Part shown: positions 1 through 8,819 of the stretch, in pieces
Layout of the letters: each line of letters starts with the position of its first letter
Position numbering within the stretch: position 1 is the stretch's first letter
Assembly: GCA_947311535.1 (NCBI GenBank)
Contig: CAMZLP010000027.1
Location: 1-12,051, forward strand
Reading direction: 5' to 3'
DNA length: 12,051 bases
Source: an uncultured Deinococcota bacterium
GTDB taxonomy: Bacteria > Deinococcota > Deinococci > Deinococcales > Trueperaceae
Position numbers and translations under genes: made by a program
The notes under the pieces: generated by a model
Seen by the model: only the letters and a program-made list of their open reading frames with translations
What the model was told of the DNA's origin: nothing
The model's database searches: none

Positions 1-27
1 AAATATATATAAATAAAATACTAAATA

Positions 28-49
28 AGACGACAATAATATTTCGTCT
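28..49 (-). terminator. Possible intrinsic terminator downstream of the ftsL-like gene
   Basis: The hairpin agacga-N10-tcgtct at 28-49 is followed, on the minus strand, by a long U-rich run (plus-strand A/T-rich 1-27). It lies just 3' of the minus-strand ORF that ends at 100. The stem is only 6 bp and AT-poor, so this is weak. Confidence 0.3.
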
Positions 50-99
50 GGACTTTGGTAAACTAAGCCCAAAATCATTCTCTTGTTTTTTCTTAGATT

Positions 100-438
100 T
101 TAACGCCATATTGTATACACCTTCAATTTAATAGGTTCAATCTTTTTAAACTCAGGAGCTGCCAGTGGGGCAACCATTTGAACTTTGCTGAGTTGACTAA
201 TTGGAACCATGCCATGGCTTCTAGCCCAAGCTCTTATTGCTAAAGGGCCTTTTATTTGTTCTGCTTGATGCCGCAAATCGGTTAAGCTTTTCAAATATTC
301 GTGCTTTTGCTCGAGCAAACCCAAAGTTTTTCGGCTACCATTTAATTCTCGATATAAAGCTTGGCTTTTTACACCCAAAATTGCTAATCCCAGTAGCAAA
401 AAAGAATATAAAATCACCACCCTAGTTAATACTTTCAT
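100..438 (-). CDS. FtsL-like cell division protein (N-terminal TM helix plus coiled-coil)
   Basis: 112 aa ORF. Hydrophobic segment VVILYSFLLLGLAILGV followed by a heptad-like charged region. Start overlaps the rsmH stop by 4 nt (ATGA). Position immediately after mraZ-rsmH is the conserved slot for ftsL in dcw clusters. The sequence itself carries no diagnostic motif. Confidence 0.5.
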   Translation of the reverse strand: MKVLTRVVILYSFLLLGLAILGVKSQALYRELNGSRKTLGLLEQKHEYLKSLTDLRHQAEQIKGPLAIRAWARSHGMVPISQLSKVQMVAPLAAPEFKKIEPIKLKVYTIWR

Positions 439-1328
439 ACTCGCCCCCCGAGTTTTTCAGCAATTCTTAATTTTGCACTTCTGGCTCTGGGGTTTTGCTG
501 AATTTCCTCAGAGCTCGCTGTAAGTGGTTTTTTAGTGATTATTTTTAATTCTTTATCATCTTTAATAAAGTGTTTTACAATTCTATCTTCTAAGGAATGA
601 TAGCTAATAACAACAAGTTTCCCATTCTTATCAAGTAGTCTACTTGCTGCCTCTAAAGCATCTTCTAAAGCCCTTAGCTCATCATTGACATATATCCTTA
701 GCGCCTGAAAAGTCTGCCTAGCAGGGTGTTTTTTACGGTATTTACCCTTAGGATAAGCACTAACAATTATCTCAGATAATTGAGATGTGGTTTTAATAAT
801 AGTTTCTTGGCGAGCAACTACAATAGCTTTGGCAATACGTCTACTCAAGCGTTCTTCGCCATATCTATATATAAGAGCCGCAAGCTTTTCTTCTGCTAAA
901 TTATTAATTATCTCTTCTGCTGATTGGGCTTCACTGCCCATACGCATATCCAAAGGGCCATCTTGTCTAAATGCAAAACCTCGCTCTGCTTGGTCTAATT
1001 GCATTGAAGAAACCCCAAGATCAAATAAAATACCATCGATTTGATTAAAATCTAATTCTTTAGCAGTTTTTATGAGTCCACGAAAATTTGTAATGCTAAG
1101 CCAGAAATTTTGATTTTGTTCTTTTGAGAGAGTAGTTCTTAATTCTTTTTCATATTTTATTACAGTTGCATCTTGGTCTATTGAGAGTAGCTTTAGATTA
1201 TGCTCGAGCATGGCCCTAGTGTGTCCACCAGCACCAAAGGTGGCATCTATATATTTACCGCCTGTTTTTAAATCTAGAGCGGCTAGTGACTCTTTTAACA
1301 TAACTGCTTCATGGCTATGAGTACTCAT
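435..1328 (-). CDS. rsmH: 16S rRNA (cytosine1402-N4)-methyltransferase RsmH (MraW)
   Basis: 297 aa. The N-terminus has the SAM-binding motif DATFGAGGHT characteristic of RsmH. Length and the position between mraZ and ftsL fit. Overlaps mraZ by 4 nt. Confidence 0.92.
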   Translation of the reverse strand: MSTHSHEAVMLKESLAALDLKTGGKYIDATFGAGGHTRAMLEHNLKLLSIDQDATVIKYEKELRTTLSKEQNQNFWLSITNFRGLIKTAKELDFNQIDGILFDLGVSSMQLDQAERGFAFRQDGPLDMRMGSEAQSAEEIINNLAEEKLAALIYRYGEERLSRRIAKAIVVARQETIIKTTSQLSEIIVSAYPKGKYRKKHPARQTFQALRIYVNDELRALEDALEAASRLLDKNGKLVVISYHSLEDRIVKHFIKDDKELKIITKKPLTASSEEIQQNPRARSAKLRIAEKLGGRV

Positions 1329-1762
1329 CCTATTAGCTCCTGTAATATTTCAGGGGCAGGACTTGACATTAAGATTTCATCTAAATTAGTCTTCCAACGC
1401 GCATCATTCCAGAGCTCCAGACGATTGGGAGCTCCAGCAATTATTACAGTTTTTTCAGTTTCACTAATTCCAGCAAAAGATCTTAGGGTTGCCGGAATAT
1501 TAATACGCCCAGCCGAATCAGTATTTGCCTTAGAAGCACCTGAGTAAAAGAAGCGGACAAAATTCCTGGATTCAGCATTAATTATTGGTAAATTTCCTAA
1601 ATACTCTTCCACACGTCTCCAATTTGCCAAGGGGAAGATATATAAACAACCTTCTAATCCACGGGTTACTACCATTCCATCAGTTACAAAATCCCTAAAC
1701 GAAGGAGGAATAATAACTCGTCCTTTATCATCAACAGAATATTGGTATTCACCAAATGGCAT
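1325..1762 (-). CDS. mraZ: Division/cell wall cluster transcriptional regulator MraZ
   Basis: 145 aa. Two tandem MraZ/SpoVT-AbrB halves, each with a DxxxR motif (DDKGRVIIP and DSAGRINIP). Typical MraZ length. Followed by rsmH. Confidence 0.9.
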   Translation of the reverse strand: MPFGEYQYSVDDKGRVIIPPSFRDFVTDGMVVTRGLEGCLYIFPLANWRRVEEYLGNLPIINAESRNFVRFFYSGASKANTDSAGRINIPATLRSFAGISETEKTVIIAGAPNRLELWNDARWKTNLDEILMSSPAPEILQELIG

Positions 1763-1991
1763 TGTAAACCCGTCCTGCGTTAAACTTAGGGCCTATCGTG
1801 GCATCTAGAGGAACTGTGAATTTTACTATAGTAATAAGCGCAGGAGAGTTAAAAAAACTCAAACCCCCTAAATATTTCGTCACTATCACGATATAATGCA
1901 AATGATTTTCCATCCTAGATTTATTTAGCTAGCTCCATCCCAAAAGCCCTATCTTGAGGAAGTTTTTAGAGAAATTAGAGAGTTGATAGCA

Positions 1992-2104
1992 TCTCCCACA
2001 AGATAGTTAATACTAACACAAATATCCCACAAAGTTCCACTATCTCCCACTATTTAATTATTTTTCGTGAAAGATAACAATATTCTCCCACAATAAACCC
2101 ACCT
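1992..2104 (-). promoter_or_regulatory. Array of five phased CCCAC boxes (GTGGG on the mraZ coding strand); candidate MraZ operator or other oligomeric-regulator site
   Basis: CCCAC cores at 1995, 2026, 2046, 2087 and 2098 sit within larger repeats TCTCCCACAA, TATCCCACAA, TCTCCCACTA, TCTCCCACAA and AACCCACCT. The spacings are 31, 20, 41 and 11 bp, all near multiples of a helical turn. MraZ is known to bind direct repeats containing TGGGN/GTGGG at about 10 bp periodicity. The array is 230-340 bp upstream of the mraZ start, which is farther than is typical. Confidence 0.35.
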
Positions 2105-2837
2105 ACACTTAATAAATTTTGAATCGGTGTTAAAAATATATTGCAATATTGGATATCTAAAAACTGTAATTGCTTTTTTAAAAAATATAATTTCCCTGAC
2201 ATAAGTCCTCTCTTAGACCTTTCCCCTGCGTAATTACTAGTGATTTCTTTAGTTTTAATAGCCTTACTACTCTCCCTTCTGATATTACTAGCTTAGAGCT
2301 AGCATAGCCTGAAGCTAAATTATGCTATTGGCGAATAGCTTATAATCATATCTAACAAATCCCATTATGTGAATATTCTTACATTTAGCTGCTTCAATAA
2401 GAAGACTTCTTTTTGAAGCTGTGTTTGCTAGCTATTTATTACAAAAATACCGAGATTAAAGTTCAAAACCAAATGATTGAGAGTGTCGAGAGAGTTGTAA
2501 GAATTAAAGAGCTTGATTTTTATCAGAAGAGAATTATAGGCTATAAGTAACCTAAGTTCGGAATTAAATAAATCAATATATTATCTCTCTTTATTTCTAT
2601 TTTTAATTTAATTTTCTTTATTAAATTGGAGTTTTCTCATCTTAGACGCTATTCTATCTCCGAGCTCAGGTTATAAGTAGTATTTTTACTAAACATGAGC
2701 TTAATTTGATAGAAGCTAAGGGGAATAGGATTCAAGAATTTAAACTAAGAATTAAATAGTTAGAATATGTCGTGAAAATGCGCAAGTCAAGAATATTTTA
2801 AAGAAAAACCACTTTCGCTTTAGGCATTATGAAAATT

Positions 2838-2877
2838 AAAAAAATAAAAAAGCAGAATGTGGCTTGCCACATTCTGC
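2838..2877 (-). terminator. Rho-independent terminator of rnpB
   Basis: On the minus strand: GCAGAAUGUGG-CAAG-CCACAUUCUGC, a perfect 11 bp stem (plus 2852-2877), followed by UUUUUUAUUUUUUU (plus 2838-2851). Confidence 0.75.
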
Positions 2878-3218
2878 GCAGGAGGGCTATAAGCCGGATT
2901 CTGTACTCTTACGAGCTCTAACCATCTTTCTGAGATAATTGTCACCAATTACCTTATGCGGTCATCCCGGAGATTTTAACGAGTCGGGCAAACTCTCTCT
3001 CCCTATCGGACCTTGCACCGAGTGGGGTTTACCTAGCTAGCTTTGTTTCCAAAGCTACTGTTGTGCTCTTACCACAACGTTTCACCCTTACCAAATTATT
3101 GGCGGTTTACTTTCTGTTGCACTTGCCGTCGTCTTACACGCCCAGCCGTTAGCTGGCACCCTGCCCTTTGGAGTCCGGACTTTCCTCAGCTTTCGCCGCG
3201 ATTAGACACCCTCACCAG
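2878..3218 (-). ncRNA. rnpB: RNase P RNA, bacterial type A (reduced form)
   Basis: The reverse complement contains the universally conserved tracts AGGAAAGUCCGGACUCCAAAGGGCAGGGUGCCAGCUAACGGCUGGG, CAAGUGCAACAGAAAGUAAACCGCC, GGUAAGGGUGAAA, GGUAAACCCCACUCGGUGCAAGGUCCGAUAGGG and ACAGAAUCCGGCUUAU (P4 3' strand), in the canonical order. Ends are approximate (+/-15 nt). The ORF at 3043..3228 in the track is spurious overlap. Confidence 0.88.
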
Positions 3219-3221
3219 ATT

Positions 3222-3227
3222 ATTATA
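3222..3227 (-). promoter_or_regulatory. Candidate -10 box (TATAAT) of the rnpB promoter
   Basis: A perfect TATAAT on the minus strand about 5-10 nt upstream of the inferred rnpB 5' end. There is no convincing -35. Confidence 0.4.
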
Positions 3228-3423
3228 ACTTTGATTACTTATATATTTTGATTTTGACCAACCTATGTACAGCCATATAATTAACATGGTCATTTCTATT
3301 AATATTAATTATTTTGCATAAGTGAAAAGCAAAAAATGCTGACTGAAAAAGTCGTAGACGGTGAATCTCAGCAGGTATATCTAGAATAAACTTGGTATTA
3401 TACTGACATTTTAGAAATATAGA

Positions 3424-3454
3424 CAAAAAAAGGTCTCTAGAATTCTAGAGACCT
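3424..3454 (-). terminator. Intrinsic terminator of the BMP-family gene (perfect 24 bp palindrome)
   Basis: AGGTCTCTAGAATTCTAGAGACCT at 3431-3454 is a perfect palindrome. On the minus strand it is followed by UUUUUUU (plus 3425-3431). It lies 20 nt after the stop of the minus-strand CDS that ends at 3475. Confidence 0.75.
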
Positions 3455-3474
3455 TAATAGAGATTAAGTTTTAA

Positions 3475-4596
3475 TTATTGTAGATCGAAGTAATTAGTTA
3501 CTACAATAGCTCCACTAATAATATCATTGCGAATTGCTGCCATTTTACTAACAACAGAGCTAGGAATTAATGGGTCGTTATAGTCGCCAAGTGCCCAGCC
3601 AACACCATTTTCTGCAAGGCCTAAAGCTTGATAGCCACCTTCAAATGTGCCATCTGCAACAGCTTGGACAGCATTTGCAGCAGCAATATCAACTCGTTTT
3701 AACATACTTGTTAAGCCGTGGTTTAGAGTAGAAACTCTATCATCGGTATCACCTAGGTAATTTTGATTAGAGTCAACGCCAATAAAGAATAATGGCTGAC
3801 TGCCAGCATCACATTTAGCATTGTATTCAGCACTTTTTGGAAGAACTTTTACAGTTGAAGAAAGTGGAGTAGTACGTAAGTTATCTGATTGATAACACAT
3901 AGTTTGGGTTACAAAATCAATTACACCAAGTCCAGAAGAACCAGCTGCAGCATAAATTATATCTGCACCTTGAGCTTGTTGAGCGGCTGCTAATTCTTTG
4001 CCACGTGCAGGGTCATTCCATGCAGAAGGAGTAGTACCTACGTAGTTGCTGATTACAGTGCATTCAGAACATGCTGCCATAACGCCTTCTTCATAACCCA
4101 AGTTGAATTTATGAATTAGTGGAATATCCATGCCACCAATAAAACCTACAACTCCGGTTTGGCTCATAAGACCAGCAAGATAACCTACAAGATAGCTGCC
4201 TTCGTGCTCAGCAAAGCCAACACGTAATTCGTTAGGGTTAATATCGTCGATTGGCCATGCATCGATACTTAGATAGTTTGTATCTGGGAACTCAGCTGAA
4301 ATATTATGAATAATATCTACCTGTGCAAAGCCAGGAGCAACAATTAGATCAGCTCCATCAGATGACATTTGGCGTAAACCTTGTGCAAAAGTGTCAGGCG
4401 AGCCTTCAAATTCTAAAATTTCAATATCGCTATCTAAATTATCAATAGCGGATGAAAAGCCTTCCCAAGTACCTTGGTTAAAAGACTTATCAAATTTACC
4501 ACCAGCATCAAAGTTAATACCCATGACAAAATCTTGAGCTAGGCCTAAGCTAAGACCAGCGAAAGCTAGAGCTACAACTAAAAGTTTTTTATTCAT
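3475..4596 (-). CDS. BMP/PnrA-family ABC transporter substrate-binding protein (nucleoside-binding), secreted
   Basis: The ORF track gives 3475..4608, but its first codon is TTG. An ATG at 4596 (MNKKLLVVALAFAGLSLGLA...) is preceded by GGAGGA 4 nt upstream and begins a classic signal peptide. There is no lipobox Cys, so the likely cleavage is after LGLA. The family-typical Gly-rich core GVVGFIGGMDIPLI and GVDSNQ are present. An extra Cys-containing insert is also present (CSEC ... C-x28-C). Confidence 0.8.
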   Translation of the reverse strand: MNKKLLVVALAFAGLSLGLAQDFVMGINFDAGGKFDKSFNQGTWEGFSSAIDNLDSDIEILEFEGSPDTFAQGLRQMSSDGADLIVAPGFAQVDIIHNISAEFPDTNYLSIDAWPIDDINPNELRVGFAEHEGSYLVGYLAGLMSQTGVVGFIGGMDIPLIHKFNLGYEEGVMAACSECTVISNYVGTTPSAWNDPARGKELAAAQQAQGADIIYAAAGSSGLGVIDFVTQTMCYQSDNLRTTPLSSTVKVLPKSAEYNAKCDAGSQPLFFIGVDSNQNYLGDTDDRVSTLNHGLTSMLKRVDIAAANAVQAVADGTFEGGYQALGLAENGVGWALGDYNDPLIPSSVVSKMAAIRNDIISGAIVVTNYFDLQ

Positions 4597-4634
4597 ATAT
4601 TCCTCCAAAATTGGGCTTTATGCCCTCGGCTAAA

Positions 4635-4643
4635 AGTATATCA
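4635..4643 (-). promoter_or_regulatory. Candidate extended -10 promoter (TGaTATACT) for the BMP-family gene
   Basis: The minus strand reads ...TTGCATGATATACTTTTAG... about 35-40 nt upstream of the ATG at 4596. TGnTATACT matches the extended -10 consensus. Confidence 0.3.
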
Positions 4644-4871
4644 TGCAAACTATAAAATAAGGCAAGAATAAATGAGCAATTTCCAAATGTCTTAATAGAT
4701 AATGAAAAGCCCTTTTAAAATATGAGTTTTAGGCTAAGGTTTTTATGATAAAAAAATCACGAACAGAGATATTGTGAATATAATCACTAAGGTACGGATA
4801 ATTCCATATTTGCTCTGAGTGAAAGGTATTCTGGGGTAAAAAAACTAATATTTTGTAAAGATAAACTTTAG

Positions 4872-6863
<1,992 letters not shown>

Positions 6864-6975
6864 AATATGTAGTTAATTGAATAGTATCTTAAAAACATTC
6901 ATAATTCTCTACTTCATCTTATCCCAATTAATTTCTTCTCTTATAAAATTACGTCGGACAACGTATTTTGCATGT

Positions 6976-7311
6976 TCACCATACAATGCTGACAGTCCTA
7001 ATCTTTCTTGATTTTGATATAAGGAAAATACTATTTTTAAAATAATTCTTTAATTCGCCCATCAAAATGAAATTGATATGGTTTGCAAATAAAGCGCATA
7101 TTAAAATCTTGATGTAGTGGATTAATAAATAATTATATTCACCTTTTATTGTTACACTAGGTACCCTTAAAGCTACTGTTTTAGCTTCCCCTAACCACTT
7201 ATTAGCTAAAATCTGGCTTTGGGCAAATGGTGAAAACCTCCATCTTTCTGCTCTTTGCTCTAGATCCCAATCTTCAGCTAATTCTATTTCAATAAATATG
7301 TGCTTGTTGCC
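6976..7311 (-). pseudogene. Start-less C-terminal remnant resembling a RES-domain toxin
   Basis: The minus-strand frame is open for 112 codons from a TAA at 7312-7314 to a TGA at 6976-6978: GNKHIFIEIELAEDWDLEQRAERWRFSPFAQSQILANKWLGEAKTVALRVPSVTIKGEYNYLLIH... Initiating ATG, GTG and TTG all fail; the only Met is 28 aa from the end. ...LRVPSV...E.NYLL... resembles the C-terminal VPS/N.vl motif block of RES domains. The N-terminal Arg and Glu motif regions are absent, and the upstream frame is closed. Family assignment is by eye only. Confidence 0.3.
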
Positions 7312-7432
7312 TTATCAATAAAGATAATTAATAACAAAAGCAATAATTAAGTAGCTGCTAGCCTAAGGAATAGACAAACGGAGAATTATTAAAATAGCAA
7401 TATTCTTTGCTTTAGCTGTCTTGACAAATCTA

Positions 7433-7984
7433 TTAAAATAAAATATCTTCCCAGTCAAGCTCATCTAAAGGTTGAAAGTGGTCAACATAATCTATAAGTA
7501 CACCAGCAGATTGATTCTTAAACATAGAGCTTTCGACATGCTTACCCATTCTTTGCAAGGCTTCAACAAGTTCTATATAATCACTATCACCACTAATAAT
7601 TATTGCAGTGTCAAAAGCATCAGCATGGGCTAACGTTAATGATTCTACGGCAATTGCTACATCTATACCCTTTTCTACCAAAGAGCCATCGTGTCTGCGA
7701 TATAATCGCCCAAGCCGAACGGTTAAGTAGGGTATTCGTCGCAAACTTTCAAAAAATCGGTGTTGACCTTCACGCAGGCCATCTTTGTAATCATCGGTTA
7801 AAGGTGCATTGTAATAATAAGCTCTAAAAAGCTTACGCCCTTTAAGAAGCTGCTTAATTAGTTCTGATAAATTGACTCGAGTATTATCAAGATTATCTCG
7901 CATACCATTGTATAAATTACTGCCATCAATAAATAAAGCTACTCTTTCTATCAAAATAATCACTCCAAAATAAAATATGGCCAA
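7433..7984 (-). CDS. NYN (LabA-like) domain protein, predicted PIN-like ribonuclease
   Basis: 183 aa. The N-terminal ALFIDGSNLYNG motif and central IISGDSDY(IELV) are the hallmark NYN/LabA acidic motifs. The first codon in the track is TTG, so the N-terminus is uncertain; an internal TTG preceded by GGAGTG is an alternative start. Confidence 0.8.
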   Translation of the reverse strand: MAIFYFGVIILIERVALFIDGSNLYNGMRDNLDNTRVNLSELIKQLLKGRKLFRAYYYNAPLTDDYKDGLREGQHRFFESLRRIPYLTVRLGRLYRRHDGSLVEKGIDVAIAVESLTLAHADAFDTAIIISGDSDYIELVEALQRMGKHVESSMFKNQSAGVLIDYVDHFQPLDELDWEDILF

Positions 7985-8049
7985 AGACCAATTCCTAGCT
8001 TAACTGAAATTAAGATGAATTAGTTTTATCTATAGAACCAAGTTCCTTA

Positions 8050-8109
8050 ACTCATAATTAAGGTAATTTTTCATATATGCCTCATAAAAGGACTACAACT
8101 CTCATAAAA
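8050..8109 (+). promoter_or_regulatory. Three CTCATAA(A) direct repeats phased at 30 and 20 bp in the divergent promoter region upstream of the response regulator
   Basis: aCTCATAAtt at 8051, cCTCATAAaa at 8081 and tCTCATAAaa at 8101. The last ends 4 nt before the ATG at 8112. OmpR/PhoB-family regulators bind direct repeats at about 10-11 bp periodicity. Confidence 0.3.
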
Positions 8110-8111
8110 CT

Positions 8112-8807
8112 ATGCATATAATTATAACTATGGATTTGAAACCAACAATTATTATTATTGAAGATGAAAAAGAAATTGCAAAATTTATCGATTTAGAACT
8201 TCAGGCGGAAGGCTATAACACTATAGTTACTTATGACGGTGTAACTGGACTATCTAAATTCCGTGAATTTAACCCAGACTTGGTTATTTTAGACCTAATG
8301 CTACCAGTTTTAGATGGTATTGAGGTTGCAAAGCGTATTCGTAAAACCAGTAATACGCCTATAATTATTCTAACTGCAAAAGACAATGTTGAAGACAAGG
8401 TTTTAGGACTGGATTCTGGAGCTGATGATTATTTGGTAAAACCTTTTTCGATTGAAGAATTATTAGCTCGAGTCCGAGCACATTTGCGCCGAGTAAACCC
8501 AGCCGTTACTGGTGAGGTTAGAGTCGCTGACTTAGTTATGAACTTAGACGGTCGTGAAGTTTTCCGAGATGGTAGACGTTTAGATTTATCAGCCAAAGAG
8601 TTTGAGCTTTTAGAAATTTTTGCCCGTAACCCAGGGAAAGTATTCAACCGCTTTGAAATAGAAGAAAAGGTTTGGCCAGAATACACTGGTGGAAGTAATG
8701 TCGTTGATGTTTATGTTGGCTATTTACGCCGTAAACTCGAGCTGGATGGTGAGCGTCGTTTGATTCATACCGTTCGAGGAGTGGGTTACGTTTTACGAAA
8801 AGAGTAA
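8112..8807 (+). CDS. OmpR-family two-component response regulator (REC plus winged-helix)
   Basis: 231 aa. The receiver domain has acidic residues IIIIEDE...D and the DLMLP / K (LTAKD) signatures. The C-terminal winged-helix has ...[11 protein letters not shown]...IHTVRGVGY, typical of the OmpR/PhoB family. An alternative start is the ATG at 8130 ([13 protein letters not shown]). Confidence 0.9.
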   Translation: MHIIITMDLKPTIIIIEDEKEIAKFIDLELQAEGYNTIVTYDGVTGLSKFREFNPDLVILDLMLPVLDGIEVAKRIRKTSNTPIIILTAKDNVEDKVLGLDSGADDYLVKPFSIEELLARVRAHLRRVNPAVTGEVRVADLVMNLDGREVFRDGRRLDLSAKEFELLEIFARNPGKVFNRFEIEEKVWPEYTGGSNVVDVYVGYLRRKLELDGERRLIHTVRGVGYVLRKE

Positions 8808-8819
8808 AGCCGTTAAAGA

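Noticed and set aside
237-425. 62 aa plus-strand ORF
   Set aside because: Antisense and fully inside the ftsL-like gene.
787-1547. Plus-strand ORFs 787..1044 and 1311..1547
   Set aside because: Antisense overlaps of rsmH and mraZ, both of which carry clear family motifs.
1992-2104. CCCAC boxes as DnaA boxes or a replication origin
   Set aside because: The boxes (TTGTGGGAGA) deviate from TTATCCACA by an inserted base, and there is no dnaA or dnaN nearby. Kept only as a minor alternative to the MraZ-operator reading.
1763-2850. Hidden tRNA, tmRNA or SRP RNA in the long spacer
   Set aside because: I found no GTTCGAATC/GGTTCAAATCC T-loop motifs, no tmRNA ends, and no SRP GGAAGCAGC domain-IV motif on either strand.
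3043-3228. 61 aa plus-strand ORF
   Set aside because: Lies entirely within the rnpB RNA gene on the opposite strand. It is GC-rich only because of the RNA, so it is spurious.
3235-3426. 63 aa minus-strand ORF between the BMP terminator and the rnpB promoter
   Set aside because: No RBS, a highly AT-rich low-complexity product, and it overlaps the TATAAT of the rnpB promoter. It is most likely non-coding promoter DNA.
4597-4608. N-terminal extension MEEY of the BMP-family ORF in the track
   Set aside because: Its first codon is TTG, and it would place the GGAGGA Shine-Dalgarno inside the coding sequence. The ATG at 4596 with a correctly spaced RBS and a signal peptide is the better start.
7603-7827. 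74 aa plus-strand ORF
   Set aside because: Antisense inside the NYN gene.
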